DNA of 64,000 nucleotides, from IMG/VR virus record IMGVR_UViG_3300020057_001232, positions 1-64,000 of that record, one strand, 5' to 3'. Source of the DNA: a virus. A program made the translations under genes and the position numbers. The notes beneath the pieces are model-generated. The model was not told where the DNA came from. It ran no database searches and saw nothing but the letters and a program-made list of their open reading frames with translations. Positions 36,772 through 46,047 of the stretch are shown here, one piece after another. Position 1 is the stretch's first letter. The number at the start of each line of letters is the position of its first letter.

Positions 36772-37422
36772 ATGTCCGTCCTTCGAAAGATCAAAAAGAA
36801 ATACGTCATCGCCTCCGTGAGATCACTTCTCGCTTGGAGGTTCGACCCTGACCTTTTCGTCGCTTGCCGAGATGCAGCAGTTGGCATCTTAAAGCGTGAA
36901 GGTATTAAGTACGACTTTCTCGGTGACCGTCATACCCCCGCAGGGCAAGAGCCAGGGGCAAAGATTCCCGGCGAAGGGTACAACTTGCACTCTCAGATCA
37001 AAGGCAACGATGACTGCCACGTCTCCTTTGCTACGGTCTCGGATCTTACTGAAGAAGACGAAGCCTTCATAAAAGAACACGAAGCACGGCTAAAGCCGAC
37101 GCTAAGAATTTCAGGTGTAAACTTTCTACCAACCCGAACGATCCCTTACCTTGTTCTTGATTTTACCTTCGATCCGAAGGTGGGAGAGCTAGCGGACTTG
37201 CTTTTGGAAAGGCTAGACAGTCGCTACAGCGATTGGCGGCATACGATGTACAAGACGCCGAGGCTTCACTGTTCACTCTTAGGCGTCAGTGTTGCCGACA
37301 AAGAAAAATTGGCAAAGCTGCTTCCCGAAATCAGGAAGCACTGCCACGTCGGCGAATCGACAAAGATGGGTCAGCTCTTTGTGTGGGACGACTTCCACAT
37401 CACGGAGAAGCAGCCGTTCTAA
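36772..37422 (+). CDS. 2H phosphoesterase family protein
   Basis: Two Hx(S/T) motifs, CHVSF and LHCSL. Confidence 0.55.
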   Translation: MSVLRKIKKKYVIASVRSLLAWRFDPDLFVACRDAAVGILKREGIKYDFLGDRHTPAGQEPGAKIPGEGYNLHSQIKGNDDCHVSFATVSDLTEEDEAFIKEHEARLKPTLRISGVNFLPTRTIPYLVLDFTFDPKVGELADLLLERLDSRYSDWRHTMYKTPRLHCSLLGVSVADKEKLAKLLPEIRKHCHVGESTKMGQLFVWDDFHITEKQPF

Positions 37423-37642
37423 ACTTGCTCGTGTTGTCGTAAAAGACAGTACCGGCAATCATGACCTTCGTCGGTGTCGTCTCAGACGGCAAATCACTCC
37501 ACACCATAGGATCGTCTAGGCATTCATGGTATGTACCGTCCGCCTTCGGCAATATGGTATGGACGTGGACGCTTAATGTGCCTTCTTTGACAATTTCGAG
37601 AGCTACCTCGATTTTGTGCTCAGAGCTGAATTTTGGCTGCAT
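37400..37642 (-). CDS. Hypothetical protein
   Basis: GGAGG RBS, sigma28-type promoter upstream. Confidence 0.5.
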   Translation of the reverse strand: MQPKFSSEHKIEVALEIVKEGTLSVHVHTILPKADGTYHECLDDPMVWSDLPSETTPTKVMIAGTVFYDNTSKFRTAASP

Positions 37643-37663
37643 AAGATTTCCTCCTTCCTTTGC

Positions 37664-37690
37664 TTATCGGCATCTTCTCGTTTTCCTTTA
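37664..37690 (-). promoter_or_regulatory. sigma28 (FliA)-type promoter
   Basis: Exact TAAA-N15-GCCGATAA. Confidence 0.7.
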
Positions 37691-37787
37691 GTTATTTCTA
37701 TAGCCAATTGTGTAACCCCTTGAACACAATAGAAAAGAAAAGAGCCACCAGTTACGGCGGCTCTAAGTGTCTAATTGTTAGACAGAC

Positions 37788-38422
37788 TTACTTGCTGTGC
37801 TTGTGCTCGCTTACGGCGGTGATTAGAACGTCCGTTAGGTTGCGGTCGCCCATCGCCGAGATCGGAATGGTGTCTACGATGTCGTACTTAGCTCCGAGCT
37901 TTTCGAGGTCATCGTCGAGCTTGGCGAGGAACGCCGTAGCCTTTGGATCTTGACCGACTTGGACGAAGGTCAGCGTCAGCTCGTTTGCTGACGTAACTTT
38001 CTTCGTAGCAGCGACGATGACACGAGCGACGGCTTCTTGATCGTCTGGCTCGCCGTCTGTCACCACCATGAGGTACTCACCGTTAGGTTGTGATTTGCCT
38101 TTAGCACGACGGTTGAAATAGTTGTCGAAGGCGTCTTGCAAAACACCTGCGAGGTTGGTGGAACCGCTTGGCTCCGTGCGGTTGAGAAGAGCCGTTGCCT
38201 TCTCGGCTGTGATATTGTCGTAGCGTTGTGGGTTATTGCTGAAGGTGTAAAGCGTCATTCCATCAGGGTCGATCTCGTGGAACTTCGCCGCCACTTGGAC
38301 GACGGTCTCTTGCGAGTAAGCCCAACGGGACTTGCCGCTTGGGGTGTCGTTGTAGGAGCCCATCGAACCACTACGGTCGAGGATCAAGGTGTAATCACGT
38401 TAGCTAAGACTGCATTCAACAT
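37788..38422 (-). CDS. vWA domain protein with an apparent 1-nt frameshift near the start
   Basis: DRSGSM and VTDG; paralog of 10270-10884; RBS and ATG at 38422 are out of frame with the gene body. Confidence 0.7.
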
Positions 38423-38451
38423 TTTCAAATCTCCAAAAAGTTAAGGGACAC

Positions 38452-39390
38452 TTAAGCACTGACTTCAGCAGTTACCTTGGGTGGAAAAGCAACCGATGCA
38501 ACTACCGAAAGAGCTAAGAGACCTCCGACGACCGCTAGCGACCACATCGTAGGTACATGATAGAAATCGACAACAAGCATCTTGATCCCGATGAAGCCCA
38601 AGACTAACACGAGAGCGTGCTTTAAGTAATGGAACATCGGCATAAGACCAGCTAATGCGAAGTAGAGTGACCGCAGCCCCAAGATCGCAAAGATGTTCGA
38701 CGTGAAAACGATGAAGGGATCTCTAGAAATTGCAATGACTGCCGGGATCGAGTCTACGGCAAACATCAAGTCTGACATCTCGATTACGATCAAACAGGCA
38801 AGAAGCGGTGTGCCGACCCTCTTAGCGTTTTCAATCGTGAACAGCTTGGCTCCGTCGTACTTATCCGTAAAGGGTAAGTAGCGTTTGAAGAATTTCAAAG
38901 CCACGTTGTCTTCTGGGTTGACTTCTTCGTCTTCACCTGACCTAGCCAATTTGTAGGCGGTGTAAACGAGAATAGCGCCGAAGACGTACATCAACCAATG
39001 GAAGTAGTCGAGCAGCGTCACGCCTACGGTGATGAAGAAAGCTCTTGCTACGAGGGCTCCTAAGATGCCCCAAAACAGAACTTTGTGCCGCAGCTTGTCT
39101 TCCACTTTGAAGAAGCTAAACACGACGAGGAAAACGAAAAGGTTGTCAACCGACAACGACTTTTCGAGAATGTAAGCGGTAAGAAATTCACTTGCTGGCT
39201 TAGAGCCTTCTAAGTTGTAGACGAGACCAGCAAAGCCTAAAGCTAAAGCAACCCAAAAGGCGGTCCAGCCTAATGACTCTTTAAACCCTATTTTGTGGTC
39301 CTTCTTGTTGAAGAGACCGAGGTCCAAAAGAAGCATACCCAACACGAAACCTAAAAAGCCTACCCACGCCCACCACGGATGCGATTCCAT
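38452..39390 (-). CDS. terC: TerC/Alx family membrane protein
   Basis: EKSLSVDNLFVF, DLMFAVDSIPA and FTSNIFAILGLRSLYF motifs. Confidence 0.92.
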   Translation of the reverse strand: MESHPWWAWVGFLGFVLGMLLLDLGLFNKKDHKIGFKESLGWTAFWVALALGFAGLVYNLEGSKPASEFLTAYILEKSLSVDNLFVFLVVFSFFKVEDKLRHKVLFWGILGALVARAFFITVGVTLLDYFHWLMYVFGAILVYTAYKLARSGEDEEVNPEDNVALKFFKRYLPFTDKYDGAKLFTIENAKRVGTPLLACLIVIEMSDLMFAVDSIPAVIAISRDPFIVFTSNIFAILGLRSLYFALAGLMPMFHYLKHALVLVLGFIGIKMLVVDFYHVPTMWSLAVVGGLLALSVVASVAFPPKVTAEVSA

Positions 39391-39483
39391 ACTTGTCCTC
39401 CTGAAAGTTTGTAGGCATACTGACAGGTAGAAAACCCAGTGGCAACACTTTTCGCACCCAGCACTTTCAAAGCGGGACTTGTT

Positions 39484-40044
39484 ATGTATTGGACAGAATT
39501 TAACTACCGATCTGGACCACAACCTGACTTGACCAAGATTGGTACAAACACGGTTACGGTTCTTAAAAATGTTCTTGATCCTAGTATCCACAAAGCCCTC
39601 AAGCGTTACGTCAACGCCTTGAAAGCTGAGAAAGATACGGCGATGTATTTCGACGAGCAGTGGCAAGGGCGTTGGACAAAGAACAACGATCCCATCATGT
39701 GTTGGGCACATGACCTCCTTACGCCAGTGATCTACTCACGTCTGAAGGTTTCCGTGAAACCGTCTTATAACTTTCTGTCCTGCTACGGCGTCGGCGGCAA
39801 TGTGCCGAAGCACAAAGATAGACCTCAGTGCAAATACACACTCGACTACATGGTGGATCAAAGCGAAGGCTTGAAGTGGGAGCTGTTTGTAGAAGGCAAT
39901 CCCGTTCTTCTTGAGGAGAACGACTGCGTTATCTACTCAGGCACCGACATGTTGCATTGGCGCAATCCTTTGCCTGATGGGCACCACGCTAGTCTTATCT
40001 TCTTCCACTACGTCGATTCGACATTCCGAACGGGACTTGAATGA
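39484..40044 (+). CDS. 2OG-Fe(II) oxygenase
   Basis: HKDRPQC (HxD), distal HWR, IFFHYV. Confidence 0.75.
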   Translation: MYWTEFNYRSGPQPDLTKIGTNTVTVLKNVLDPSIHKALKRYVNALKAEKDTAMYFDEQWQGRWTKNNDPIMCWAHDLLTPVIYSRLKVSVKPSYNFLSCYGVGGNVPKHKDRPQCKYTLDYMVDQSEGLKWELFVEGNPVLLEENDCVIYSGTDMLHWRNPLPDGHHASLIFFHYVDSTFRTGLE

Positions 40045-40316
40045 AGACATATAAAATCAAATGGTGGCGTGAACCTGAAGGCGTGCTCCACGAAGAAGTG
40101 GTCGTCGATCACGGCTACTACGCACAGAGCGACCGGTTTTTCTTTGAGTACGAAGATGGGGGGATGAAAGAGGTAGCTCTTTGGTCGCATTGTTCCCTCG
40201 AACTCGGAGCTGACTGGAGAGAACTTCAGCGGGAACGAGCAAGCTTTGCACCTCACACCTTAGGCAATGAAGTCTTTGAAGACAGAGAGCCTGTCAAACT
40301 CGTGGTGGAGGACTAA
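40041..40316 (+). CDS. Hypothetical protein, paralog of 40876-41112
   Basis: DG..(K/R)E......C.L.LG.DW pattern shared with the paralog. Confidence 0.55.
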   Translation: MKTYKIKWWREPEGVLHEEVVVDHGYYAQSDRFFFEYEDGGMKEVALWSHCSLELGADWRELQRERASFAPHTLGNEVFEDREPVKLVVED

Positions 40317-40318
40317 GT

Positions 40319-40879
40319 GTGGAGGTAACTAGACACATCGCCACCTTTCGCAGTGCGCTTTCGAAGGAAGAGTGCAGCGCCGTCGCTAATGCCTTAGAGG
40401 CGTCAGGACGGTGGGAGAAAAGCCGAACGGGGAACAACCTCGACACTAACTACCGTTCCAACAAGCAAGTACACCTCACGCAGTTAGCTAATTATGATCC
40501 AGCTACGTACAAAGTGTTTGATGATATGATCTTCCACGCACTTACCAAAGCCGTAACTGAGTACCAAAGAGCTTACGCCAGCCACAGCTTCGTCCTCAGC
40601 GACGAAGGCTACAGCGTTCTTCGCTACGAAGAAGCGGAAGAGTATAAAGTCCATTCCGACAGTGGACCGGAGAACAAAAGACTTGTGTCGGCTTTACTCT
40701 ACTTAAACGACTCTTTCACTGGAGGCGAAACAAATTTCCCTCTGCAAAACTTCAAGGTCAAACCTGAGACTGGTATGATCTGTTTATTTCCTAGTATTTT
40801 CACCCATCCTCACGCCTCTCTGCCCGTCGAGTCAGGAGTCAAGTATGTGGTCGTCACTTGGTATAGGGGATTTCCATGA
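40319..40879 (+). CDS. Prolyl-4-hydroxylase-like 2OG-Fe(II) oxygenase
   Basis: HSD, YLND.F.GGET.F, FPS...H...PV.SG.KY...W. Confidence 0.85.
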   Translation: MEVTRHIATFRSALSKEECSAVANALEASGRWEKSRTGNNLDTNYRSNKQVHLTQLANYDPATYKVFDDMIFHALTKAVTEYQRAYASHSFVLSDEGYSVLRYEEAEEYKVHSDSGPENKRLVSALLYLNDSFTGGETNFPLQNFKVKPETGMICLFPSIFTHPHASLPVESGVKYVVVTWYRGFP

Positions 40880-41112
40880 ACGGTTACGTACTACGCTGGA
40901 AACGCTTCCTTTTTTGGCAAAAGAAAAAGGTTTGCGGACACGCCTACGACAAAGATACGGACAAGATGGTCCTCTATCTAATGGATGGGTCGATCAGAGA
41001 GATTAAGAAGTTCCATAATTGCGAACTAGCCCTTGGAATTGATTGGGTTCTTGTCACAAAGCAAGACATGGAGAAGGCAAGTGGTCAGTCTATCCCTGTT
41101 AGACCAGAGTGA
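40876..41112 (+). CDS. Hypothetical protein, paralog of 40041-40316
   Basis: Shared LG.DW motif. Confidence 0.55.
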   Translation: MNGYVLRWKRFLFWQKKKVCGHAYDKDTDKMVLYLMDGSIREIKKFHNCELALGIDWVLVTKQDMEKASGQSIPVRPE

Positions 41113-41145
41113 GATTTACTGTTTTAGCTACCGCTTCGAGGGATT

Positions 41146-43260
41146 ATGACGACCTCTTATATTTCTCCAAACACTCTTAAGCCTGCACGGTTCGGTGAGA
41201 TTTACACCGACCGCAACATTAAGCTTGTCGGGCGAGCACGTTGGAATACGGGTACGAATCAGGTGCAAACCGATTCGCTTAGTATCCACACCACACCTAT
41301 CAACGGCGGCTCGGCAGCGGTTTCGGATATCCCCAACGGGACTTACAACCTATCTGCCATCGGCTCGTCCCTTTGGGCAAAGTTCAGGCGTACCTCAGGC
41401 TCGACGACGGTCGCTCTAATCGACATCGTAGAGTTCACCGTAGGTACGCAGCCGACGCCTAGAGAAGATTGGGTTCAAATTTTCTATCGCAGTGCGACGA
41501 CCACAATCGTCAGCATGTACGGTCACGTCATCGCTCCTGGTCCTGCTTACACCCGTATCGGTGTGCAGATGGGTAACGGCATCTATGACTTCATCGTTGG
41601 ACCCTCTGGCAGTCCTTATGCGACTCACAACGACATCCAAGCCGCTATCACTGATGCCGTAGACGGCAACCGGATCTTGATTCTCGAAGGTACCTACTCT
41701 GTAGCTACCGCTCAGAACCCTGCCGTAGATGCTACGGCAGCTATCTCATGGTCAGGCAAAAGCTTGACTTTGGAAGGTGAAGGCTTCAACACAGTGTTGG
41801 TCAACGGCGGTGCGATGACTCGTGCCTTCGCCGTGCAAAGCACTTCGGCGACACTGACAGCCGCACTTGGTAACGGTAGTCGCATCATCAATCTTACAGT
41901 CTCGGGTTTCACTCAAGGCGTAGCCTTTTTAGCTCAGACCTTCGGTATCCGCTATTGTAACGTAGATGTTTGGCAGATCAACAACGCCACCTACACTGAT
42001 CCAGTGGTTACTGGAACGGGCACTTCGGAGAACAACAAAGTACGGTTGCGGGTTCAAAGCGCTGCTCTCTCGCCGACGATCCTGACTCAAGAGTACAACC
42101 TTTCAAACTCTAGAGTTCGTGGGAACACCGACTACGACTTTCAAGCGAAGGTCAGAGTTGGCATTGCAAACAGCATCGGCAGGATTAAGCTCCCGGTCTA
42201 CACGACGACGACTCGAACGGCAGCGACGGGTCTTGAGGAAGGTGAAGTCTTTTGGGATACGACATCGAAAACGTTGGAAGTCAGAGATACGTCAACCTTT
42301 GTCAGCTTAGCTCCATTACCTATCGGAAGTATTATTTCCATGGGTGGCGTCTTTACCGCCGTCAACAACGGTGGTTCTTACGCTGAAGCGACGACATTTG
42401 TCGGCGTAACAATTCCGGCTAACTACAAGCTTTGTGATGGAACTCTCATCAACGAAACACGGTCACCTCTGAACACACGGTACATGCCGCTGCTTACAGA
42501 TGACAGGTTTTTGCAGGGTAACAGTGCTGGCGGTCTTTTCGCACCGACGAGTCCGACGTTTAACTTGTCGGATTTGAGCCACACTCACCCTCATCCACAC
42601 AGTCACCCTTTGGCGAGCCACACTCACCCTCATCCACACACGCACAACATGCCGCACGTCCACCCCGTCACAGGAACGTCGGGACCAACGAACTTGACCA
42701 TTACGGCAACGGCTGGACCTGCGGGAACACACAGTCACTCGTTCCCCCACAATCACCCCATTCCGTCTCACAGGCACCGTTGGATGTACCGAGTTTTCCG
42801 TGGTGACGGACACATCCAGTTCAACACTTGGAGTCCTTCAGGTGGTATCGGTGTTGTTGCCGGGAGTACCCCCTTTGCTGCCGATACCCCAACTGAAGGC
42901 TTAGCGGTCGCACCTAACCGAGGTAACCTCTTTGTTCACGATTTAGGAGCCAACACGGAAAGTGCAGGCAGTGGAAGTACAGGAAACCCAAGTAACCCCG
43001 CTACGATGGCTACGATGCCTGCTGGAGCACACACTCACACCGTCACCGTAACAGACACGCCGCACACCCACTCCGTTGGCTCTTACATAACAAACGCCTC
43101 GCCGACGACTGTTACTGCCGACGTAAACACGGCTGCAACTGGTGCGGCTCCTGGCTCAACGGGCACCGAGTCAGCTCCCCTCACAGGACCGTCTTTGCCG
43201 ACCACCTTCGACCGGCGTCCGCGCTACTTAGGTGTCCGCTACTACATGCGTATCTTTTAA
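41146..43260 (+). CDS. Tail fibre protein (collar domain and HxH needle)
   Basis: PIGSII...YKLCDG...MP.L..RFL.G collar; many HxH motifs; C-terminal RPRY..VRY.MRI. Confidence 0.8.
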   Translation: MTTSYISPNTLKPARFGEIYTDRNIKLVGRARWNTGTNQVQTDSLSIHTTPINGGSAAVSDIPNGTYNLSAIGSSLWAKFRRTSGSTTVALIDIVEFTVGTQPTPREDWVQIFYRSATTTIVSMYGHVIAPGPAYTRIGVQMGNGIYDFIVGPSGSPYATHNDIQAAITDAVDGNRILILEGTYSVATAQNPAVDATAAISWSGKSLTLEGEGFNTVLVNGGAMTRAFAVQSTSATLTAALGNGSRIINLTVSGFTQGVAFLAQTFGIRYCNVDVWQINNATYTDPVVTGTGTSENNKVRLRVQSAALSPTILTQEYNLSNSRVRGNTDYDFQAKVRVGIANSIGRIKLPVYTTTTRTAATGLEEGEVFWDTTSKTLEVRDTSTFVSLAPLPIGSIISMGGVFTAVNNGGSYAEATTFVGVTIPANYKLCDGTLINETRSPLNTRYMPLLTDDRFLQGNSAGGLFAPTSPTFNLSDLSHTHPHPHSHPLASHTHPHPHTHNMPHVHPVTGTSGPTNLTITATAGPAGTHSHSFPHNHPIPSHRHRWMYRVFRGDGHIQFNTWSPSGGIGVVAGSTPFAADTPTEGLAVAPNRGNLFVHDLGANTESAGSGSTGNPSNPATMATMPAGAHTHTVTVTDTPHTHSVGSYITNASPTTVTADVNTAATGAAPGSTGTESAPLTGPSLPTTFDRRPRYLGVRYYMRIF
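42576..42639 (+). repeat. Direct repeat encoding SHTHPHPH twice
   Basis: GAGCCACACTCACCCTCATCCACAC occurs twice. Confidence 0.75.
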
Positions 43261-43282
43261 TACTATAGACGTATCTTCTAAA

Positions 43283-43311
43283 AGAAAAAGGCTCCTCTCG
43301 GAGCCTTTTCT
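43283..43311. terminator. Intrinsic terminator
   Basis: AGAAAAAGGCTCC-TCTC-GGAGCCTTTTCT. Confidence 0.65.
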
Positions 43312-43453
43312 GCCACTTCTTTTTTAGCTTAAAGCATTGGAAGCGTCTCAGTCGTGAAGCCACGGCACCTACCCCTTTGTCAAGACAGGGGTTGACAGGA
43401 TTTGCGAGATGATAGAAGATATTGGTCTCTCTATGAATGGTAAGGAGCTGCTG

Positions 43454-43696
43454 ATGACTACGGAAATCCAAGATAAAATTATCGTCTGCGTATCTGGTGA
43501 AGATATGCACATCGACTATAATGATTTCGGCTTGTCTTTTGACTCGACTGATGGTCAAGTATTGGAAGCAATTGCCCCACTAGTACAAGAGCGTTTCAGT
43601 GTTGATCTCGGACATCCTGGTTCATGGCTCTATAAAACACGTAAGGCAACGAACAGCCGAAATATTTACGTGATTCCGAACTCCACAGCGGGTTAA
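43454..43696 (+). CDS. Putative ubiquitin-like (beta-grasp) protein
   Basis: 80 aa, AAGGAG RBS, beta-beta-alpha-beta pattern, C-terminus ...YVIPNSTAG ending in Gly. Confidence 0.55.
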   Translation: MTTEIQDKIIVCVSGEDMHIDYNDFGLSFDSTDGQVLEAIAPLVQERFSVDLGHPGSWLYKTRKATNSRNIYVIPNSTAG

Positions 43697-43719
43697 ACCC
43701 CGACCGACTCCATCTTGGA

Positions 43720-43750
43720 GCCCCGCTGTCACCAAGACAGCGGGGTTTTT
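43720..43750 (+). terminator. Terminator/attenuator between the Ubl and TROVE-like genes
   Basis: CCCCGCTGTC-ACCAA-GACAGCGGGG-TTTTT. Confidence 0.65.
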
Positions 43751-43783
43751 GTTATTAACGTTTGTTATCGGAGGTATACAGCC

Positions 43784-45415
43784 ATGACAGAACATAAGCT
43801 CGGCTACTTGAACGATCAAGACCGCCTAAAAATCTACAACACGCTTATCAGTGGTTGTATGCACCTTTGGAGTAAGAACAAACTTCAAGATGGTTCTACC
43901 ATTGATGTAAAAGGCAAAGACGGTAAGACGGTTAAGCAAAAGCTAGAAGACCGCCTTACACCTGTGCTCGAAAGCTTCTCGAAGCTTGCCGAGAGCGACC
44001 CTTTGTTTCTTGCCCACTTCACTAGCTATGCCGTGAAGAAGCTAGATGCGAAGGACTTACGTGTAGTTGCGACATTTGCTTCGACTCTTTCGGACGCAGA
44101 TGGGACGCCCTTTTCCCCTGGAAGCGAATTTAAGAAGCCCAACTGGCGTCTTATCGGGCAAGCAGCTTTCCAGACATTGGACCCTAAGCTTGCTCTACGT
44201 GTTGTGCAACTCGCAAACAGAAAAATGAAGTTCGGTATCAAAGCTGAAGCAACGCACTATTCTAAGTCGCTACGATCAGCAGTGAGGAAATACCTTCGTT
44301 ACCGTGAAGCAAACCCAAAGATGATCGAAGGAATTGTTCGGACAGGTCTCACGAAAACGTACCGTAACCTTTACCGTTGGGCTCGTATTCAGCCTTCGGC
44401 TGAAGCGGCTACGTTTCTTGCTTGGGAGCAGAAAGACGGCTCTGTGAAAGAGGCGGACTTTAAGCAGAACAAGCTTACGTTCGCAGGTTTGTCGGAAGTT
44501 GAAATTGCAGAGAAGATCCGTGCGGAGCGTTTGACGCCGCAGCGTGCTCTCGGTGCGCTCGGGGACAAGATCTCACCCGTTATCGCAGCAGCCGTTCTTG
44601 AGCAGGCTTCGGGCGACCAAGCCGTTATTTTGACAAACTTGTTTGAGGAGCAAGGTCTTCTTAAGAATGTGGAAGTGAAGAAGGTCTACGAAGAGAAGAT
44701 CAAGACGGCAAAAAACGCTTTGGACCGTGTGGATAGAATCAAAGCGGAGCTGTCTGAAGAAACTAAGACGGCGTTGAAGGACAGTAGAAGTGAGACAAGA
44801 AAGGCAAACATTGAAGACTTCGGTCGTGTGTTCGTCCACGTCGATACGTCGCCGTCGATGGCTAACGCTCTCGAAATTGCGAAAGAGTACGGAGCTACCA
44901 TTTCCGAGTTCGTTAAGAACCCAGAGCAGAACTTCTTTTGGGGCTCGTTTGACTCTGCGGGGAAGGTCTTCCCTAACCCACAAAAGTTTACGAAGGACGG
45001 CTTTAAGTTAGCTCTCTACGGGCAGAAAATTGGTGGCTACGGGACGGATTGTCTAGCTCTCTACAAGACAGCTCGTCAGAAAGGTTGTTCAGTTGACATC
45101 TACATCACGGACCAAGATCACAACGGCAAGCTTATCGGTATGACAATTGATGAATGCCGCAGAGAAGGTTTGACTGATCCGCAAGTCGCAGTGATCGTGG
45201 ACGTTCATGGTCGTCAAGACGGGATTCTAAAGCGTGAGCTAGAGAAGGCTGGTATTCCTGTTACCGTGCTTACGGCGAAAGAGCTTGGCGAAAGTGCGCT
45301 CGTAACGCAGGCGGTGAACGTAGCGATGAAGGGGCAGATCGCCGTCCTTGAAGAGATCCTCTCTACAGGGCTACTCGACTTGCCGAAGTGGTGGTACGCC
45401 GTTAAGAGTGCCTAA
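43784..45415 (+). CDS. TROVE/Ro60-like helical protein with C-terminal vWA domain
   Basis: LAESDPLFLAHF N-terminal motif; MIDAS VDTSPSM, GTDC and ITDQ. Confidence 0.6.
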   Translation: MTEHKLGYLNDQDRLKIYNTLISGCMHLWSKNKLQDGSTIDVKGKDGKTVKQKLEDRLTPVLESFSKLAESDPLFLAHFTSYAVKKLDAKDLRVVATFASTLSDADGTPFSPGSEFKKPNWRLIGQAAFQTLDPKLALRVVQLANRKMKFGIKAEATHYSKSLRSAVRKYLRYREANPKMIEGIVRTGLTKTYRNLYRWARIQPSAEAATFLAWEQKDGSVKEADFKQNKLTFAGLSEVEIAEKIRAERLTPQRALGALGDKISPVIAAAVLEQASGDQAVILTNLFEEQGLLKNVEVKKVYEEKIKTAKNALDRVDRIKAELSEETKTALKDSRSETRKANIEDFGRVFVHVDTSPSMANALEIAKEYGATISEFVKNPEQNFFWGSFDSAGKVFPNPQKFTKDGFKLALYGQKIGGYGTDCLALYKTARQKGCSVDIYITDQDHNGKLIGMTIDECRREGLTDPQVAVIVDVHGRQDGILKRELEKAGIPVTVLTAKELGESALVTQAVNVAMKGQIAVLEEILSTGLLDLPKWWYAVKSA

Positions 45416-45421
45416 GAACTG

Positions 45422-45453
45422 AGAAGGCTGTGTCATTGCACAGCCTTCTTTTT
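45422..45453. terminator. Intrinsic terminator
   Basis: AGAAGGCTGTG-TCATTG-CACAGCCTTCTTTTT. Confidence 0.7.
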
Positions 45454-45469
45454 CAATTGTAGTTGCATA

Positions 45470-46027
45470 TCACTCTTCGTGCGGTAAAAATGGGGATTCG
45501 TTTTTAAACCATTCTAAGGTTTCGCCATCTTCTTCATCTGACTCTTCTAGGGTGAATGCTTGAGAAAAGTCGATGCTCTCGTGCTCGGATAGTGAAGTCC
45601 ACCCATGCCCATCCCACACTTCTAAATTCCTCGCTGGAATACCCTTAGTGAGAAACCAAGCTTTACTGCCGCCTGCGTCTTTCGTTCCTAGCTCGTCCTC
45701 TTTTAGATCTTCTTTTTTAACTTTGGACGTACTCACGACAACGGGTACGTACAGATCTGTTAGGGGGTGGTCTGAGTTGTGGTTAGCGAAGTCTTCAGCT
45801 TTAGACATCCAAAAACGAACGCCATCAAAGTCTGTTAAAAACACTTTGCCTTTGGCGTGGAAGTCATAGCTAGGACTACCGATGGATCGGGTAGAGTTAG
45901 GCTTTAAGCCGTGCTGAGCAATGCTTTCAAGCCGGTTGGCGTAGGTGACGTGATACACCAAGATCTCGTCTTTTAGATCAGAAAGAACTTTGTACTTTCG
46001 GTAAACGTCTTTTGCTAAATTTCTCAT
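45470..46027 (-). CDS. ADP-ribosyltransferase-fold protein (Tpt1/KptA-like)
   Basis: YHVT...LESI...GLKP, VFLT and IP..NL motifs. Confidence 0.6.
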   Translation of the reverse strand: MRNLAKDVYRKYKVLSDLKDEILVYHVTYANRLESIAQHGLKPNSTRSIGSPSYDFHAKGKVFLTDFDGVRFWMSKAEDFANHNSDHPLTDLYVPVVVSTSKVKKEDLKEDELGTKDAGGSKAWFLTKGIPARNLEVWDGHGWTSLSEHESIDFSQAFTLEESDEEDGETLEWFKNESPFLPHEE

Positions 46028-46047
46028 GCAGAGAATCTTTTCTGACC

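Noticed and set aside
23143-43260. Diversity-generating retroelement targeting the fibre genes
   Set aside because: No template/variable repeat pair differing at adenines was seen by eye and the RT is much larger than DGR RTs; a self-alignment would be needed to exclude it fully
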